Positions 10,501 through 19,513 of a DNA stretch of 64,000 nt are shown in pieces; the first letter of the stretch is position 1; every line of letters starts with the position of its first letter. The position numbers and the translations under genes are program-made. The stretch covers positions 800,001 to 864,000 of the forward strand of contig OY970342.1 of the NCBI GenBank assembly GCA_963717505.1, read 5' to 3'. Below the pieces are notes generated by a model. The model saw only the letters and a program-made list of their open reading frames with translations, had not been told where the DNA came from and did not search any database. The DNA is from Candidatus Eiseniibacteriota bacterium (GTDB lineage: Bacteria; Eisenbacteria; RBG-16-71-46).

Positions 10501-10678
10501 CATCGGCTTCCGCGGGAACCTGAGCGGGATTCCAGTTGCCCGCGATTCCCGCCATGCCGCCCGCGGCGTTCTGCCAGAGCAAATTGGCGGCCGCGGCCGG
10601 GCGGGCAATCGGGCCCGCGACGAGTGTCGCGAGTACGACCAATGCGGCGGGAACGGACCTGTGCAAGGGGGCGATCAT
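7541..10678 (-). CDS. Large secreted Gly-rich beta-strand repeat protein (autotransporter-passenger/PEP-CTERM-associated-repeat-like) with C-terminal FlgD/CTD-like domain
   Basis: AGGAG RBS before ATG 10678; signal peptide; repeats such as VGDGGTGSLIVESGG and GSGSATVSDGG; IAPGNPTGRLQVNG motif; tail LRVYDVHGRQV...GAGVFFVR. Confidence 0.8.
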   Translation of the reverse strand: MIAPLHRSVPAALVVLATLVAGPIARPAAAANLLWQNAAGGMAGIAGNWNPAQVPAEADVLQFNIAGTYTVTFGALVDSVSAHGFYGGDVTLNLNTPHGIASSFAIAPGVNQVATARLTAGTLRMGTSANVGSGPNTNGTLRVSGGTANLFQNGSGTTPEMNIGGSSTATGTGEVVVLAGGALELADDIHIGRHAGSLGTLRVKGLGSTGSGLRRSRFFADSPTGDCRMGRNGAHGILEVTEGGWFRVGRDLRVAEESGDIGDITIGGENTIDSSEVRVTDDLRLCANPSTVAGQAGGAGTILVDSLGVLVVNDSTVVGDADGSSALITLRPHARFMTKHLILQQPGGGAMDLQGGLLQINGGTLTTQTGRLTVPGGSASVYERPVLELLNAAAGSFTGTSVDPPVVVGTTKSVELKVGGGSHVTAVGGDVVLGQQPSGSGHLHVVAGGQVTSDGAAVVGDGGTGSLIVESGGLATFDGVNIGLTAKLLSILSVDGSGSLLTSSGPLNVGGSTLSLGGSGSATVSDGGVLALTHPLLGGTVWGPSSLNVVGGGRIDLTGALTLRGDLNLEGGDVVGGSVLPRSSARIFGTGNVNSSILGATDTTVSIVADGGPLEIGRDTPGGNVLLRGTLNVGEESVTVVDPDSAVVGNVEIATGELHLPPGGGVIEINKRLVGDGTIYGPLVGRGYLISSGATFNGLEFAGTLYGTGQGASGGGRFTFLAGGGFEGSGSIDAFVQADSGSLIRATGDLFLGDASLPNSLGLFGRIETGEHRVVLRNSAPVGITGQVVLDGGEIDVEGGGAEIYVGELLVPESVGRVQGTGTVGASLKIYSAIAPGNPTGRLQVNGEFTLTGAASLEIELGNHAAGEGDTLAVDGPAAVYGELDLRRLPTFAAAAGDSFRILECSGLTGTFYQVTLDGAPLAGELEVHYAADGVWVVILQSTVGIGDDRPVATGVESLQLAPIGSPGAHPSVVLALPSAASVALRVYDVHGRQVSQIHDGALGAGSHRFELSRDLGGAGVFFVRAVVTEGGRSAARTTRVVQIR

Positions 10679-10763
10679 GACTGGTTCTCCTATGAGGGTT
10701 GCGGGCAGTGAGCCCGTGCAATCGGGTGAGGTGACGATCGGAGGGGCTTTCGCCAACCGGGCC

Positions 10764-13232
10764 CTAGTCCAGCAACACCAGCCTTCGGACGGCATGGCTG
10801 GGGCCCTGTCGCAGGTCGAGTAAATAGACGCCGGCGCGCAGGGTTCCCCGGTCGAAGTGCAGCACGTGCGAGCCGGGCGGCAACGCCGCGCCGACCATCA
10901 GGTCGCGGGCGCGCCGGCCCGCGACGTCGAACAACACCAGGTCGACGTTCCCGGGGCGCGCGAGGCTGAAACGAATCGTGCTCTGCTCACGAACCGGCGC
11001 CGGCCACGGAGCTTCGAGGCGCAACGTCGTCGGCTGCTCTCCAATTTCGTCTACGCCGACCGTGAGTGCGGGATCGAGCACGCCGGCCAGGTTCTTTCGC
11101 CCCACGCCCCCGATGGCGGAGAAATCGCCTCCGACGTACACGGCGCTGGTTCCGAGCGCGAGCGAAATGACGCTGAGCCCGGACACTCCCGGATCCCAGG
11201 TGGTGGCGGTTGCACTCGGGACATCCAGGCTCGCGAGCATCGAGCGCGACACGCCGGCAATGGTCGTGAATCCTCCACCGACGTAGAGCGTCGATCCGCT
11301 CAGAGCCATCGTATTCACGCCGTTGTTGGCGCCGGGATTCCAGGCAGTCGCGACACCGGTCCCGGCATCGAGGGCCGCGAGCATCGAGCGCGGCTGGCCG
11401 CCCATGGTGGTGAAGAAGCCGCCGACGTAGATCACCGACGCGTCGGGCACGATTGCGTAGATGATGCCGCCGGAATTGGGATTGAATGCGGTCGCGAGTC
11501 CGGTGACGGCGTCGATTCCCGCGAGATAGTTGCGGGTCACGCCGCCCACGGTCCCGAAATTGCCGCCCGCGTAGACGACGCCGTTCTCGTAAGCCATCGA
11601 GTTCACGACGCCGCTCACGTTGGGATTCCACGCCAACAACGTTCCGGTGGTCGCGTCGAACGCGGCCAGTCGATTGCGCGTGACGCCACCCATCGACAGG
11701 AAGTTCCCGCCCGCCCAGATCGTCGAACCGTCCGTGACCAGCGCGTTCACGGTGCCGCCCCCGACCGGATTCCACGGCAGTGCTTTCCCCGAGTCCGGTG
11801 TGAACGCGGCGAGGTTTTGGCGAACGACCGAGGGGCTTCCGACTGAGAGGAACGATCCACCGGCGTAGACGCTGCCGTTGATCATGGCGAGCGCGTTCAC
11901 GCTGCTCTGGGCATTGGGATCGAAGGCCGTCGCCCGGCCAGTGGCGAGATCGAGCGCCGCGATGTTGTTTCGCCGAACACCGCCGGCGCTGACGAAGGCC
12001 CCGCCCGCATAAACGGTGGATCCCGAAGCGGCCAGGGTCAGTACCGCTCCGCCGGCGATCGGGTTCCAGGCGGCGAGGGCGGCGGTGTTGCGATCGAATG
12101 CGGCCAGGTACGGACGCGGGACGGAGGAGTACGAGGTGAACACCCCGCCGACATAGATCGTGTCGGCGATGCGGGCGATCGCGCTCACGTCGCCGTTGAG
12201 TCCAATGCTCGGGTTCCACGAGGTCGCGAGCCCGGTGGTCGCGTCCAGCGCGGCAAGGCGGCTCCGAACCTGACCGCCAATCGACGAGAAGTTGCCGCCG
12301 GCGAACACCGTGGCGCCGTCGACCAGCAGGCGCAGAACCGTGCTCGAGGCCGAGGGATTCCAGGCCAGCAGGGCCGCGGTCGTGGTTTGGAGCGCGGCCG
12401 CGCGATTGCGACTCACGGACGATACGGTGACGAACGTGCCGCCGAGGTACACGACCGAATCCCCGCAGGCAATCGTGTTCACGCTGGCGTTCAGCAACGG
12501 GTTCCAGGGCGTCGCGGCGCCGGTCGTGGTGTCGAGTGCCGCGACGTAGTTTCGCGTCTGACCTCCGGCCATGGTGAACAACCCGCCGGCGTAAACCCGG
12601 CCGTGGAGATAGGCGAGCGCCTGGACGTTGCTGTTCGCGCCCGGATTCCAGTTGGTCTTGAGACCACCGCTCGTGGCGACGAACGCGGCGAGCCGCGAGC
12701 GCGAACTGCCCCCGGCCGTGGTGAAGGTTCCGCCCGCGTAGAGGACGCCGTCGCCCAGGGCGAGCGCGTAGACCGGACCATTGGTGCCGGGATTCCACGA
12801 TGCATCCACGCTCAGATCCGAAAGGATGTGCGCGAGGCCCGAGCGCTGGAAGCTTCCGACCGAATCGAATGAGCCGCCGATGAACCAGCCGCCGCTGCCA
12901 TCGGCGATCATCGCGTTGACCTGGTTGTTCACCACGGGTGCCGCGAGCACTGCCCCGGTTGTGGCGTCGATCGGCACGCCGGCGCCGGTCTGCGGACCGA
13001 CGACGGTGAACGTCCCCCCCAGAAAGAGCGTGGAGCCTTCTCGGAGGGTCGTGGCCACCCGGCCGTTCGTGACCCAGAGGCGGGTGTCGACGCCGGTCGC
13101 GCGTGCCGGGGGCGTCATTCCGGCAAGGGCGAGGATGGCGGCGACCACGACCGCCACCGCCGCCGGCGACATCGACGCCCGAACCGAAATACCAAGCCCG
13201 AGCGGGCGGAAATTGCTGCCAGCGGGTGCCAT
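10764..13232 (-). CDS. Secreted 14-blade beta-propeller repeat protein with C-terminal FlgD/CTD-like domain
   Basis: AAGGAGG RBS; 14 repeats of about 48 aa (WNPxxxxxVxALAxxGxxVYAGGxF...RxxLAAxD); tail LFDVAGRRAR...LRAGVYLL. Confidence 0.85.
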   Translation of the reverse strand: MAPAGSNFRPLGLGISVRASMSPAAVAVVVAAILALAGMTPPARATGVDTRLWVTNGRVATTLREGSTLFLGGTFTVVGPQTGAGVPIDATTGAVLAAPVVNNQVNAMIADGSGGWFIGGSFDSVGSFQRSGLAHILSDLSVDASWNPGTNGPVYALALGDGVLYAGGTFTTAGGSSRSRLAAFVATSGGLKTNWNPGANSNVQALAYLHGRVYAGGLFTMAGGQTRNYVAALDTTTGAATPWNPLLNASVNTIACGDSVVYLGGTFVTVSSVSRNRAAALQTTTAALLAWNPSASSTVLRLLVDGATVFAGGNFSSIGGQVRSRLAALDATTGLATSWNPSIGLNGDVSAIARIADTIYVGGVFTSYSSVPRPYLAAFDRNTAALAAWNPIAGGAVLTLAASGSTVYAGGAFVSAGGVRRNNIAALDLATGRATAFDPNAQSSVNALAMINGSVYAGGSFLSVGSPSVVRQNLAAFTPDSGKALPWNPVGGGTVNALVTDGSTIWAGGNFLSMGGVTRNRLAAFDATTGTLLAWNPNVSGVVNSMAYENGVVYAGGNFGTVGGVTRNYLAGIDAVTGLATAFNPNSGGIIYAIVPDASVIYVGGFFTTMGGQPRSMLAALDAGTGVATAWNPGANNGVNTMALSGSTLYVGGGFTTIAGVSRSMLASLDVPSATATTWDPGVSGLSVISLALGTSAVYVGGDFSAIGGVGRKNLAGVLDPALTVGVDEIGEQPTTLRLEAPWPAPVREQSTIRFSLARPGNVDLVLFDVAGRRARDLMVGAALPPGSHVLHFDRGTLRAGVYLLDLRQGPSHAVRRLVLLD

Positions 13233-13415
13233 TCGAATGCCTCCTTCCGGCGCCTGTCGCGCGACGGTCGATCGTCACGGGGGGCTGCGCCGTAAGGGAT
13301 GGCGTCGAACGGATCAAGAAACGGTCATGAAATCCGCCTGGCCCCCGGAGAGGAGGGGTTGGTAGGGGTTTCGGGGCGGCGTATCCTGGGTATGGGCAAT
13401 CGACCCCGAGGTACC

Positions 13416-14411
13416 ATGACTTCCGCCACCCTGACCGACACCCAGGGCCGCATCGTCCGCGACCTGCGCATCTCGGTCACCGACCGCTGCAATCTCCGCT
13501 GCGTCTACTGCATGCCGGCCGAAGGCATGCCGTGGCTGCCCAAGGGCGACCTCCTCACCTACGAGGAGATCACCCGGTTCTCGCGCATCGCGATCGACCA
13601 TGGTGTCGAGGGTATTCGCCTGACCGGCGGCGAGCCGACCGTGCGCCAGGACCTGCCGACGCTGGTCGCGATGCTCAACGCGCTCAAGCCCAACCTCGAC
13701 CTGTCGCTGACCACCAACGGGCTCAAGCTGACCGAGATGGCGGATGCGCTGCGCGACGCCGGGCTCAAGCGGGTCAACGTCAGTCTCGACACGCTGGTGC
13801 CCGAGAGATTTCATCAGATCGCGCGCCGCGATCGCTTTCACGAAGTGATTTCAGGTTTGGAAGCCGCGCGCCGCGTCGGCTTCGCGCCGATCAAGACAAA
13901 CGCCGTGCTCATGCGCGGATTCAACGAAGACGAAGCCGTGCCGCTCGCGCGCTGGGGGCGTGAAGAGGGTTACGAAGTCCGCTTCATCGAGTGGATGCCC
14001 CTCGACTACCAGCACGCCTGGTCGCGCGAAAAACTGGTGCCGGCCGACGAGATCCTCGCCCAGATCGACGACGTGTTCCCGCTCGAGCCGGCACCGGGTC
14101 AGGATCCGAGTGCCCCGGCCACCGTCTATCGCTATCTGGATGGCGGCGGAACCGTGGGCGTGATCGCGTCGGTGACCCGGCCGTTCTGCGGGCACTGCGA
14201 CCGGATTCGCTTGACCGCTGACGGGCAGATCCGCACGTGCTTGTTTGCATTGAACGAGTACGACTTCCGTACGGCGTTGCGGAACGGCGCGAGTGATGAA
14301 GCCATCGCCGACCTGCTCAAGGCCGCGGTGTGGCGGAAGAAGCCGGGGCACCTGATCAACAGCCCGTACTTCGTGCAGCCCGAGCGCGGGATGAGCGCGA
14401 TCGGCGGCTGA
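13416..14411 (+). CDS. moaA: GTP 3',8-cyclase MoaA (radical SAM)
   Basis: LRISVTDRCNLRCVYCMP, LTGGEP, PFCGHCDRIRLTADG, C-terminal MSAIGG; start set at ATG 13416. Confidence 0.96.
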   Translation: MTSATLTDTQGRIVRDLRISVTDRCNLRCVYCMPAEGMPWLPKGDLLTYEEITRFSRIAIDHGVEGIRLTGGEPTVRQDLPTLVAMLNALKPNLDLSLTTNGLKLTEMADALRDAGLKRVNVSLDTLVPERFHQIARRDRFHEVISGLEAARRVGFAPIKTNAVLMRGFNEDEAVPLARWGREEGYEVRFIEWMPLDYQHAWSREKLVPADEILAQIDDVFPLEPAPGQDPSAPATVYRYLDGGGTVGVIASVTRPFCGHCDRIRLTADGQIRTCLFALNEYDFRTALRNGASDEAIADLLKAAVWRKKPGHLINSPYFVQPERGMSAIGG

Positions 14412-14493
14412 GAGCCGCCCCGGGCCGCCTGACCTACTGATTCCTCGACTTCGTGCTCAGTGCCGTCCGAATCTCCACCATATTCGACAAGGT

Positions 14494-15693
14494 TTGAGAT
14501 TGAAGACCACTAGGGTGGCAATCGCACTCACTCTCGTATCCAGTGTTGTTGTCGCAGGGACATGGCTCTGGCCTCGCATCGCCAACATGTCTGTCTTGGA
14601 TTTGGCCTCACAGGAGACTAGTGCGCGCACAGCGTCGCAGGTTGACTCGACGCATGGTGTCGTGCTCAAGCCAATCGACATTCTCGATACCGATGACGAT
14701 TCGGACTTGTTTGGCATCAGTGGCGTCCTGCGCCGCAACCAACGCCAGAGTCAGACATTCTTCCTACCGAAGGTCGCTGATGCCACCTTCGAGCTGATAG
14801 CCAACGGCTTGCGATTTGAATTTCGGGCGCCTAACGGTACGACCATCGTCCCAGGTGAGACCGGGGACCTCCCCGGCTACCAGTACTTTGCCGCGGGCCC
14901 AGGATTGTCCGCGTTCCAGCTCGCGAATCCCCCATCCGGTAATTGGGTCGTCACCGCCACGAGCCTCGGATCGGAGGACTCCATTCCCTATCTGATAACT
15001 GTTGGCTCCTTCGACCTCAGCCGCGAACGGGCCCACCTTGAACTCTTGGTCGGCTACTCGGGACCAGCAACTGTCGTTGACGCCCACCCAAACGAGAGGG
15101 TCTTCGTACGGGCTTTTCTCTCCCGCGCAGGCCAACTGGTGACCGGTGGGCAATGGACGCTCCAGATCGTACGACCAGATTACGCCTTTGAGCCTCTTCA
15201 AGTGTTCGACGACGGCCTGCATGCAGACGGAGAACCCCGTGATGGTGTTGCCGTGGGGTCCTTCGCTCTGAACCACGGCCCTGGCGTCTATGATGTCGTA
15301 GGCAAAGCGAAGGCTCAGTCCGGAACTTCCTACAGTGTCGGCGGAAGCATCTCCGTGGAGCATTATCACGATCTCGCAGTCCAGGGTGACATCCTCCTTG
15401 ACCCGCCGAAGCCGGTCGCGGGGAGCCCGGTCGAGCTGCTGGTCAACATTTCGAATGACGGAAGAGTAGACAGCGTAGCTGTTGGACTTCTCCTCTACGT
15501 CAATCGAACGAGAGTGGCCGAGCAGCGCCTTACTCTCAACGCCGGCGCAGCCCGTATGGTCTCCACGATATGGACCCCAGCAGCGCCAGGAACGTATGAA
15601 CTCCGGCTCGCGGTCGATCCGGCCGGGCTAATCGAGGAAATCACCTACGAGAACAACTCAAAGGTCGTAACCGTCACGGTGGCAGCTCAATAG
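14494..15693 (+). CDS. Exported protein with choice-of-anchor-X-like (DDGxHxD) and CARDB domains
   Basis: N-terminal hydrophobic segment; VFDDGLHADGEPRDGV; C-terminal NISNDG...GTYELRLAVDPAGLIEEITYENN (CARDB). TTG start is uncertain; codon usage is visibly more AT-rich than the flanks. Confidence 0.7.
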   Translation: MRLKTTRVAIALTLVSSVVVAGTWLWPRIANMSVLDLASQETSARTASQVDSTHGVVLKPIDILDTDDDSDLFGISGVLRRNQRQSQTFFLPKVADATFELIANGLRFEFRAPNGTTIVPGETGDLPGYQYFAAGPGLSAFQLANPPSGNWVVTATSLGSEDSIPYLITVGSFDLSRERAHLELLVGYSGPATVVDAHPNERVFVRAFLSRAGQLVTGGQWTLQIVRPDYAFEPLQVFDDGLHADGEPRDGVAVGSFALNHGPGVYDVVGKAKAQSGTSYSVGGSISVEHYHDLAVQGDILLDPPKPVAGSPVELLVNISNDGRVDSVAVGLLLYVNRTRVAEQRLTLNAGAARMVSTIWTPAAPGTYELRLAVDPAGLIEEITYENNSKVVTVTVAAQ

Positions 15694-15809
15694 TCCCAGA
15701 TAGCCTCACTGTCCTGGCGGTCGTTCTCAGAAGCCCAAGGCCTTTCTCCGAACCCGAGCTTCTGTCGCATCACAGGCTAACTACATTTGAGCATCGGGGG
15801 TCATTGACC

Positions 15810-16358
15810 TTAGGTTCTTTCGTTCGCGAGTCCGAGGATCCGGCGGAGCTGACGCAGATGCAGCAAGTCGTGCCCCGCGTAGAGCCGGATCATGTGCTCC
15901 ACCGACTCCTCGCCGCGTTCGCTATGGACTCCGAAGCGCTTGAGTTCCTCGGCCTCGAGGTCGCGCAGGAATCTCAGGTTGAGTCGGCGCAGGGCGCGCA
16001 GATCCGCGCGCACGTCCGCCGACGATTGACGGTCGTAGTGCAGTCGGTCGGCCCAGAGATCCTGGTCGTATCCATGAATGGCAGGGCGATCCTCGGCCAC
16101 TGCCTTGCGCAGCCGGATCGCCCACACCAACTCGCTGTCGACCAGGTGGCGAAGCACATGGAGCGCCGACCATTTGCCCGGCGTTTCGGGAGTGCGCAGC
16201 CGCTCTTCTGATATCCCGGCGACGGTCCGGTCGATCACCTCGGGAAGGGACTCGAGCACTTGGATCGGGTCCTGCTCGCCGAGCAGGCCGAGCACGGCGC
16301 GCGTGTAGGCGCCCGCTTCTTTCTTGGCGTCCGACATGCGATTGCTGAACACCGACAT
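15810..16358 (-). CDS. DinB/YfiT-family protein
   Basis: GAGGAGG RBS before ATG 16358; PGKWSALHVLRHLVDSE, YDQDLWA, AGHDLLHLRQL His motifs. Confidence 0.88.
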   Translation of the reverse strand: MSVFSNRMSDAKKEAGAYTRAVLGLLGEQDPIQVLESLPEVIDRTVAGISEERLRTPETPGKWSALHVLRHLVDSELVWAIRLRKAVAEDRPAIHGYDQDLWADRLHYDRQSSADVRADLRALRRLNLRFLRDLEAEELKRFGVHSERGEESVEHMIRLYAGHDLLHLRQLRRILGLANERT

Positions 16359-16435
16359 GGGTCCTCCTCGCCTGCGACCTCGGTGCAGAGGGAACGCGCG
16401 ACCGAGGGCGAGGATACCCCTCCGGGGGCTCGGCG

Positions 16436-17419
16436 TCAGCGCTTCGGGGGTGGCGGCTTCCGCCCGAGGAACATGACTTCTTCTTCGAGCTCGACCTGGA
16501 ACCGCTCGCGCACCCGGCGCTTCATTTCGGCGGCCAATACCAGCACGTCGCGCGCGGTCGCATGCCCGGCGTTGACGATGATGTTCGCGTGCCTGGCGAA
16601 CACCATGGCGTCGCCGATCCGCAGTCCGCGGCAATCGCACTCGTCGAGCAGCTGGCCGGCCGCGATCCGCCGGGTACCGGGCGAGTGCTTGGCGCCGGGC
16701 ATCTGCCAATCGGGCGGCAGGTTCTTGAAGTAGGACCCCGCGGTCGGCTCGATCCGCCACTGCGGGTGCTTCACCCGGCGAATCTCGAGCTTCTCGTCGA
16801 TCTCGGCCTGGATCGCCGCTCGCTCGCCGCGCTGGAGCTGGATCAGGCTTGTGAGCAGCACGCGCGGATCGCGCTTCAGGCGAGAATCGCGGTAGGCGAA
16901 CTCGAACCACGATGCCGGCCGTGTCTCGGTGCGAGCGCCGTCGGGCGTGGCGATCGTGCACTCGATGGTGAAGGAGCCGATGTCCTTGCCGTAGCAGCCG
17001 GCGTTGCCGTAGAGGGCACCACCGACCGAGCCGGGAATCCCGGCGGCGAACTCGAGACCGGCCAGCTCGCGGTCGCGGCACTGCAGGATGAACTCCAGGA
17101 AGTCCGCGCCGCATCCGACCTGGGCCGCGGTGCCGTCGAACTCGATCTGCTCGCAGGCGTTCCGCACCACGAGACCGGGGAAGCCTTCGTCTGAGACCAG
17201 CAGGTTGCTGCCGCCGCCCAGCAGGAACACCGGGACCTCGGTCTCCTGGGCCACGCGCAGCGCATCGACCAGACGTTCGGGCGTACGCGCGGCGTAGTAG
17301 AAGTCGGCCGGCCCGCCGATCCGGAACGTAGTGTGGTGGCGGAGCGGCTCTTCGGTCAGAAGCTCGTCGCCCAGCACTTTGCGCAGGCGGTCTTCCGTGG
17401 TCGTCAGGCGCGGGTTCAT
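16436..17419 (-). CDS. murB: UDP-N-acetylmuramate dehydrogenase
   Basis: HTTFRIGGPAD, LGGGSNLLVSD, GIPGSVGGA..GNAG, FAYRDS, PTAGSYFKN, HANIIVN, LEEEV. Confidence 0.95.
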   Translation of the reverse strand: MNPRLTTTEDRLRKVLGDELLTEEPLRHHTTFRIGGPADFYYAARTPERLVDALRVAQETEVPVFLLGGGSNLLVSDEGFPGLVVRNACEQIEFDGTAAQVGCGADFLEFILQCRDRELAGLEFAAGIPGSVGGALYGNAGCYGKDIGSFTIECTIATPDGARTETRPASWFEFAYRDSRLKRDPRVLLTSLIQLQRGERAAIQAEIDEKLEIRRVKHPQWRIEPTAGSYFKNLPPDWQMPGAKHSPGTRRIAAGQLLDECDCRGLRIGDAMVFARHANIIVNAGHATARDVLVLAAEMKRRVRERFQVELEEEVMFLGRKPPPPKR

Positions 17420-17507
17420 GAATGGCGCAGTGTAGTCGGGTGACGAGGACGAATGCGAAGGGGTGTCCCGGCAGCGGGACACCCCCGGTGGTTGCGCAGC
17501 GACGACT

Positions 17508-18254
17508 TCAGGCCGCAATCGCTCGCGGAATCTGGGTGCCCAGCTTCCAGGTCTGGTAGCGCTCGAGACTCTGCGGAGACAGCGATCCCTTGTGAGTCTT
17601 GCCCTTGATCGTGAAGGTCGAGTTGAGATTGTTGCCGATCATCACCTTCTTGCCGGGCTCGATGTCGAACTCATGGCGCAACGCCATGACCGCCTGGTTC
17701 TGGCCCATCTGGATCAGCAGTGCCCCCTGGTCGTCGAGGCGGCCGCGCCAGAGCTTGGCATGTAGCCCGGTGGTCGTGAACTCGATCATGTCCTGCGCTT
17801 CCTTGACCTTGGCCTTCTCGACCGACTGGATCATGTCGTCCAGGGCCTTGAGCTCGGTGTCCTGCGGCTGGAACCCGAGCGCGTTGCGGAATTCCTTGAA
17901 GCGCATGATGCCGACGCCGCCCCAGTAGAGCTGGAAGATGCCGAGCTTGACCCACAAGCTCGCGCCGCCGCCGTCCCCAATCGTCCCCAGGATGTTCGTG
18001 GCGCCGACCAGGATCAGCGTGAGGCCGTCGATGACGATGCCCGCCGGCTGCGGCCGCAGAAGGTTCCACAAGCCGGTTCCCAGCAGGGCCACGCCGATAC
18101 CGACCGTGATCAGACTCAGCGGGGGCATGGCTCCGATTCCCAGGGCCAGGGCACCCATGATGATGCTGCCGATGGCTCCGGTACGGAGCGTCTTACGCGC
18201 CATGCGGTGGTCGGCAACCTGCTGCAGGCGATTCCAGTCGTTTCCGAATCTCAT
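17508..18254 (-). CDS. Hypothetical membrane protein (about 4 TM helices plus a soluble C-terminal domain)
   Basis: GGAG RBS before ATG 18254; typical high-GC codon bias; four hydrophobic segments. Confidence 0.75.
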   Translation of the reverse strand: MRFGNDWNRLQQVADHRMARKTLRTGAIGSIIMGALALGIGAMPPLSLITVGIGVALLGTGLWNLLRPQPAGIVIDGLTLILVGATNILGTIGDGGGASLWVKLGIFQLYWGGVGIMRFKEFRNALGFQPQDTELKALDDMIQSVEKAKVKEAQDMIEFTTTGLHAKLWRGRLDDQGALLIQMGQNQAVMALRHEFDIEPGKKVMIGNNLNSTFTIKGKTHKGSLSPQSLERYQTWKLGTQIPRAIAA

Positions 18255-18465
18255 GGTCGTTCTCCGTGACACATGTTTTGCGGCACCGGACGACGTGGGA
18301 AACGCGCGTCGCAAGGCAGGGGTCTGCGGCTTTGGGGCGTATGGGTTTTCGGCAGCAGTGCGGTCGGACCTTAGGACTTGGCTGCCCCCCCCGCGACCGC
18401 ATACGATTGGCCGGTCGGTCCCAGTTTTCCTCACGCAACCTCGTTCCCACCCGGGAGGAACGGAA

Positions 18466-18687
18466 ATGCCCACGCTCGAGATCACCTACTGCGTCGCTTG
18501 AAACTACCTGCCCAGGGCCACCGGTCTGGCGGCCGAGGTCAAGAAACAGCGTTCCGTGGACGTGGTGTTGCACAAGGGGTCGGGGGGCCAGTTCGAGGTC
18601 GTGCTCGACGGCAAGCTCCTGTTCTCGAAGAAGCAGTCGGGACGCTTCCCCGAACCCGAAGAGATCCTGGATCTGGTCCCACGCTAA
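18466..18687 (+). CDS. Rdx/SelW-family selenoprotein (CxxU), 73 aa, UGA at 18499-18501 read as Sec
   Basis: GGAGG RBS; reading through TGA gives MPTLEITYCVA(U)NYLPRATGLAAEVKKQRSVDVVLHKGSGGQFEVVLDGKLLFSKKQSGRFPEPEEILDLVPR*, with the Rdx hallmarks YCxxU, GxFEV, LFSK and GRFP. Confidence 0.9.
18502..18540 (+). promoter_or_regulatory. Putative bacterial SECIS element
   Basis: Hairpin GCCA-CCGGTC-TGGC (18517-18530) about 16 nt after the UGA; contains GGTCTG as in the E. coli fdhF SECIS apical region. Confidence 0.6.
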
Positions 18688-18741
18688 CGGCGGCACCTTT
18701 GTGAACGGCATCGCGCGTCCCGCGCCGGCGGCCTCCCTCCC

Positions 18742-19158
18742 ATGAAGGCCGTCGCGCTGCGCGGACATCCATTGCACCCGGTGATCGCGATCGCGCCGCT
18801 CTCGCTCCTGACCGCGAGCTTGGCCACGGACATCGCGCGGCTTGCCACCGGCGACCTCGCCTACGCCGAGGCGGCGCGCTGGGCGCTCGGCGCGGCCGTG
18901 ATCAGCGGGCTGGTGGCAGCGGTGCCCGGCGTCATCGACACGTTCACCTACCCGCAGGCGGCGCGCGGCGTTCCTATACGCCACGCGCTGCTCAGCTCGC
19001 TCGGCCTCAGCCTGATGGCGCTGGGCTGGTGGCTGCGGCGCGACGATCCGGTCTCGGTCGTGGCGCTTTCGCTGTCGGCCGTGGCGGTGACGACCATGAT
19101 CGTCAGCCGGCGCGTGGGCATGCGGCTGACGCCGGCGCCGCCGCGGGTCAGGAGCTAG
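18742..19158 (+). CDS. DUF2231-like membrane protein
   Basis: GHPLHPVI, AAVPGVID and HAL motifs; 4 TM segments. Confidence 0.8.
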   Translation: MKAVALRGHPLHPVIAIAPLSLLTASLATDIARLATGDLAYAEAARWALGAAVISGLVAAVPGVIDTFTYPQAARGVPIRHALLSSLGLSLMALGWWLRRDDPVSVVALSLSAVAVTTMIVSRRVGMRLTPAPPRVRS

Positions 19159-19513
19159 ACGGGACCTTCTCGAGGCTCAGCCGGTAGCTCCGCTCTCCCA
19201 GTCGCTCGAAGACGATGGTGTCGCCGACCGCGAGCCCGCGCTCCCGGCACCACTTCATCATGCCGGGCACGCGCGGCGAGCGCGGGCGGAACATCCAGGT
19301 GCCGTACTGGATGTCGGTCTCGAAGGAAAACCCGAGATCGGTCTCGATGGTGATCGGCTTCACTTCGTACGGTCGCGGCGCATCACTTGGGCCGCGCGGA
19401 CCGACCGCGTCGGCGGGAAAGAAGTCGAGCAGGTCCCAGAGCGAGAGATTGCGCTCGGTCGCGGTCCACAGGTCGGCCGGAGTGGCCATTGGGATTCGGC
19501 GGACTTCACTCAT
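19148..19513 (-). CDS. Hypothetical protein (possible B3/pseudobarrel-like fold)
   Basis: 121-aa ORF with typical codon bias; FFPADAVG...FETDI...FRPRS...LAVGDTIVFER. Confidence 0.65.
   Translation of the reverse strand: MSEVRRIPMATPADLWTATERNLSLWDLLDFFPADAVGPRGPSDAPRPYEVKPITIETDLGFSFETDIQYGTWMFRPRSPRVPGMMKWCRERGLAVGDTIVFERLGERSYRLSLEKVPSSS

Noticed and set aside
15810-17114. Apparent 434-aa protein overlapping murB
   Set aside because: Only the last 182 aa (ATG 16358, with RBS) are DinB-like; the rest is an off-frame read of murB. The same artefact inflates the ORFs at 20155-21558 and 26733-28418.
18255-18465. Possible riboswitch in the divergent intergenic region
   Set aside because: No recognisable consensus (c-di-GMP, cobalamin, TPP, SAM) in the correct order.
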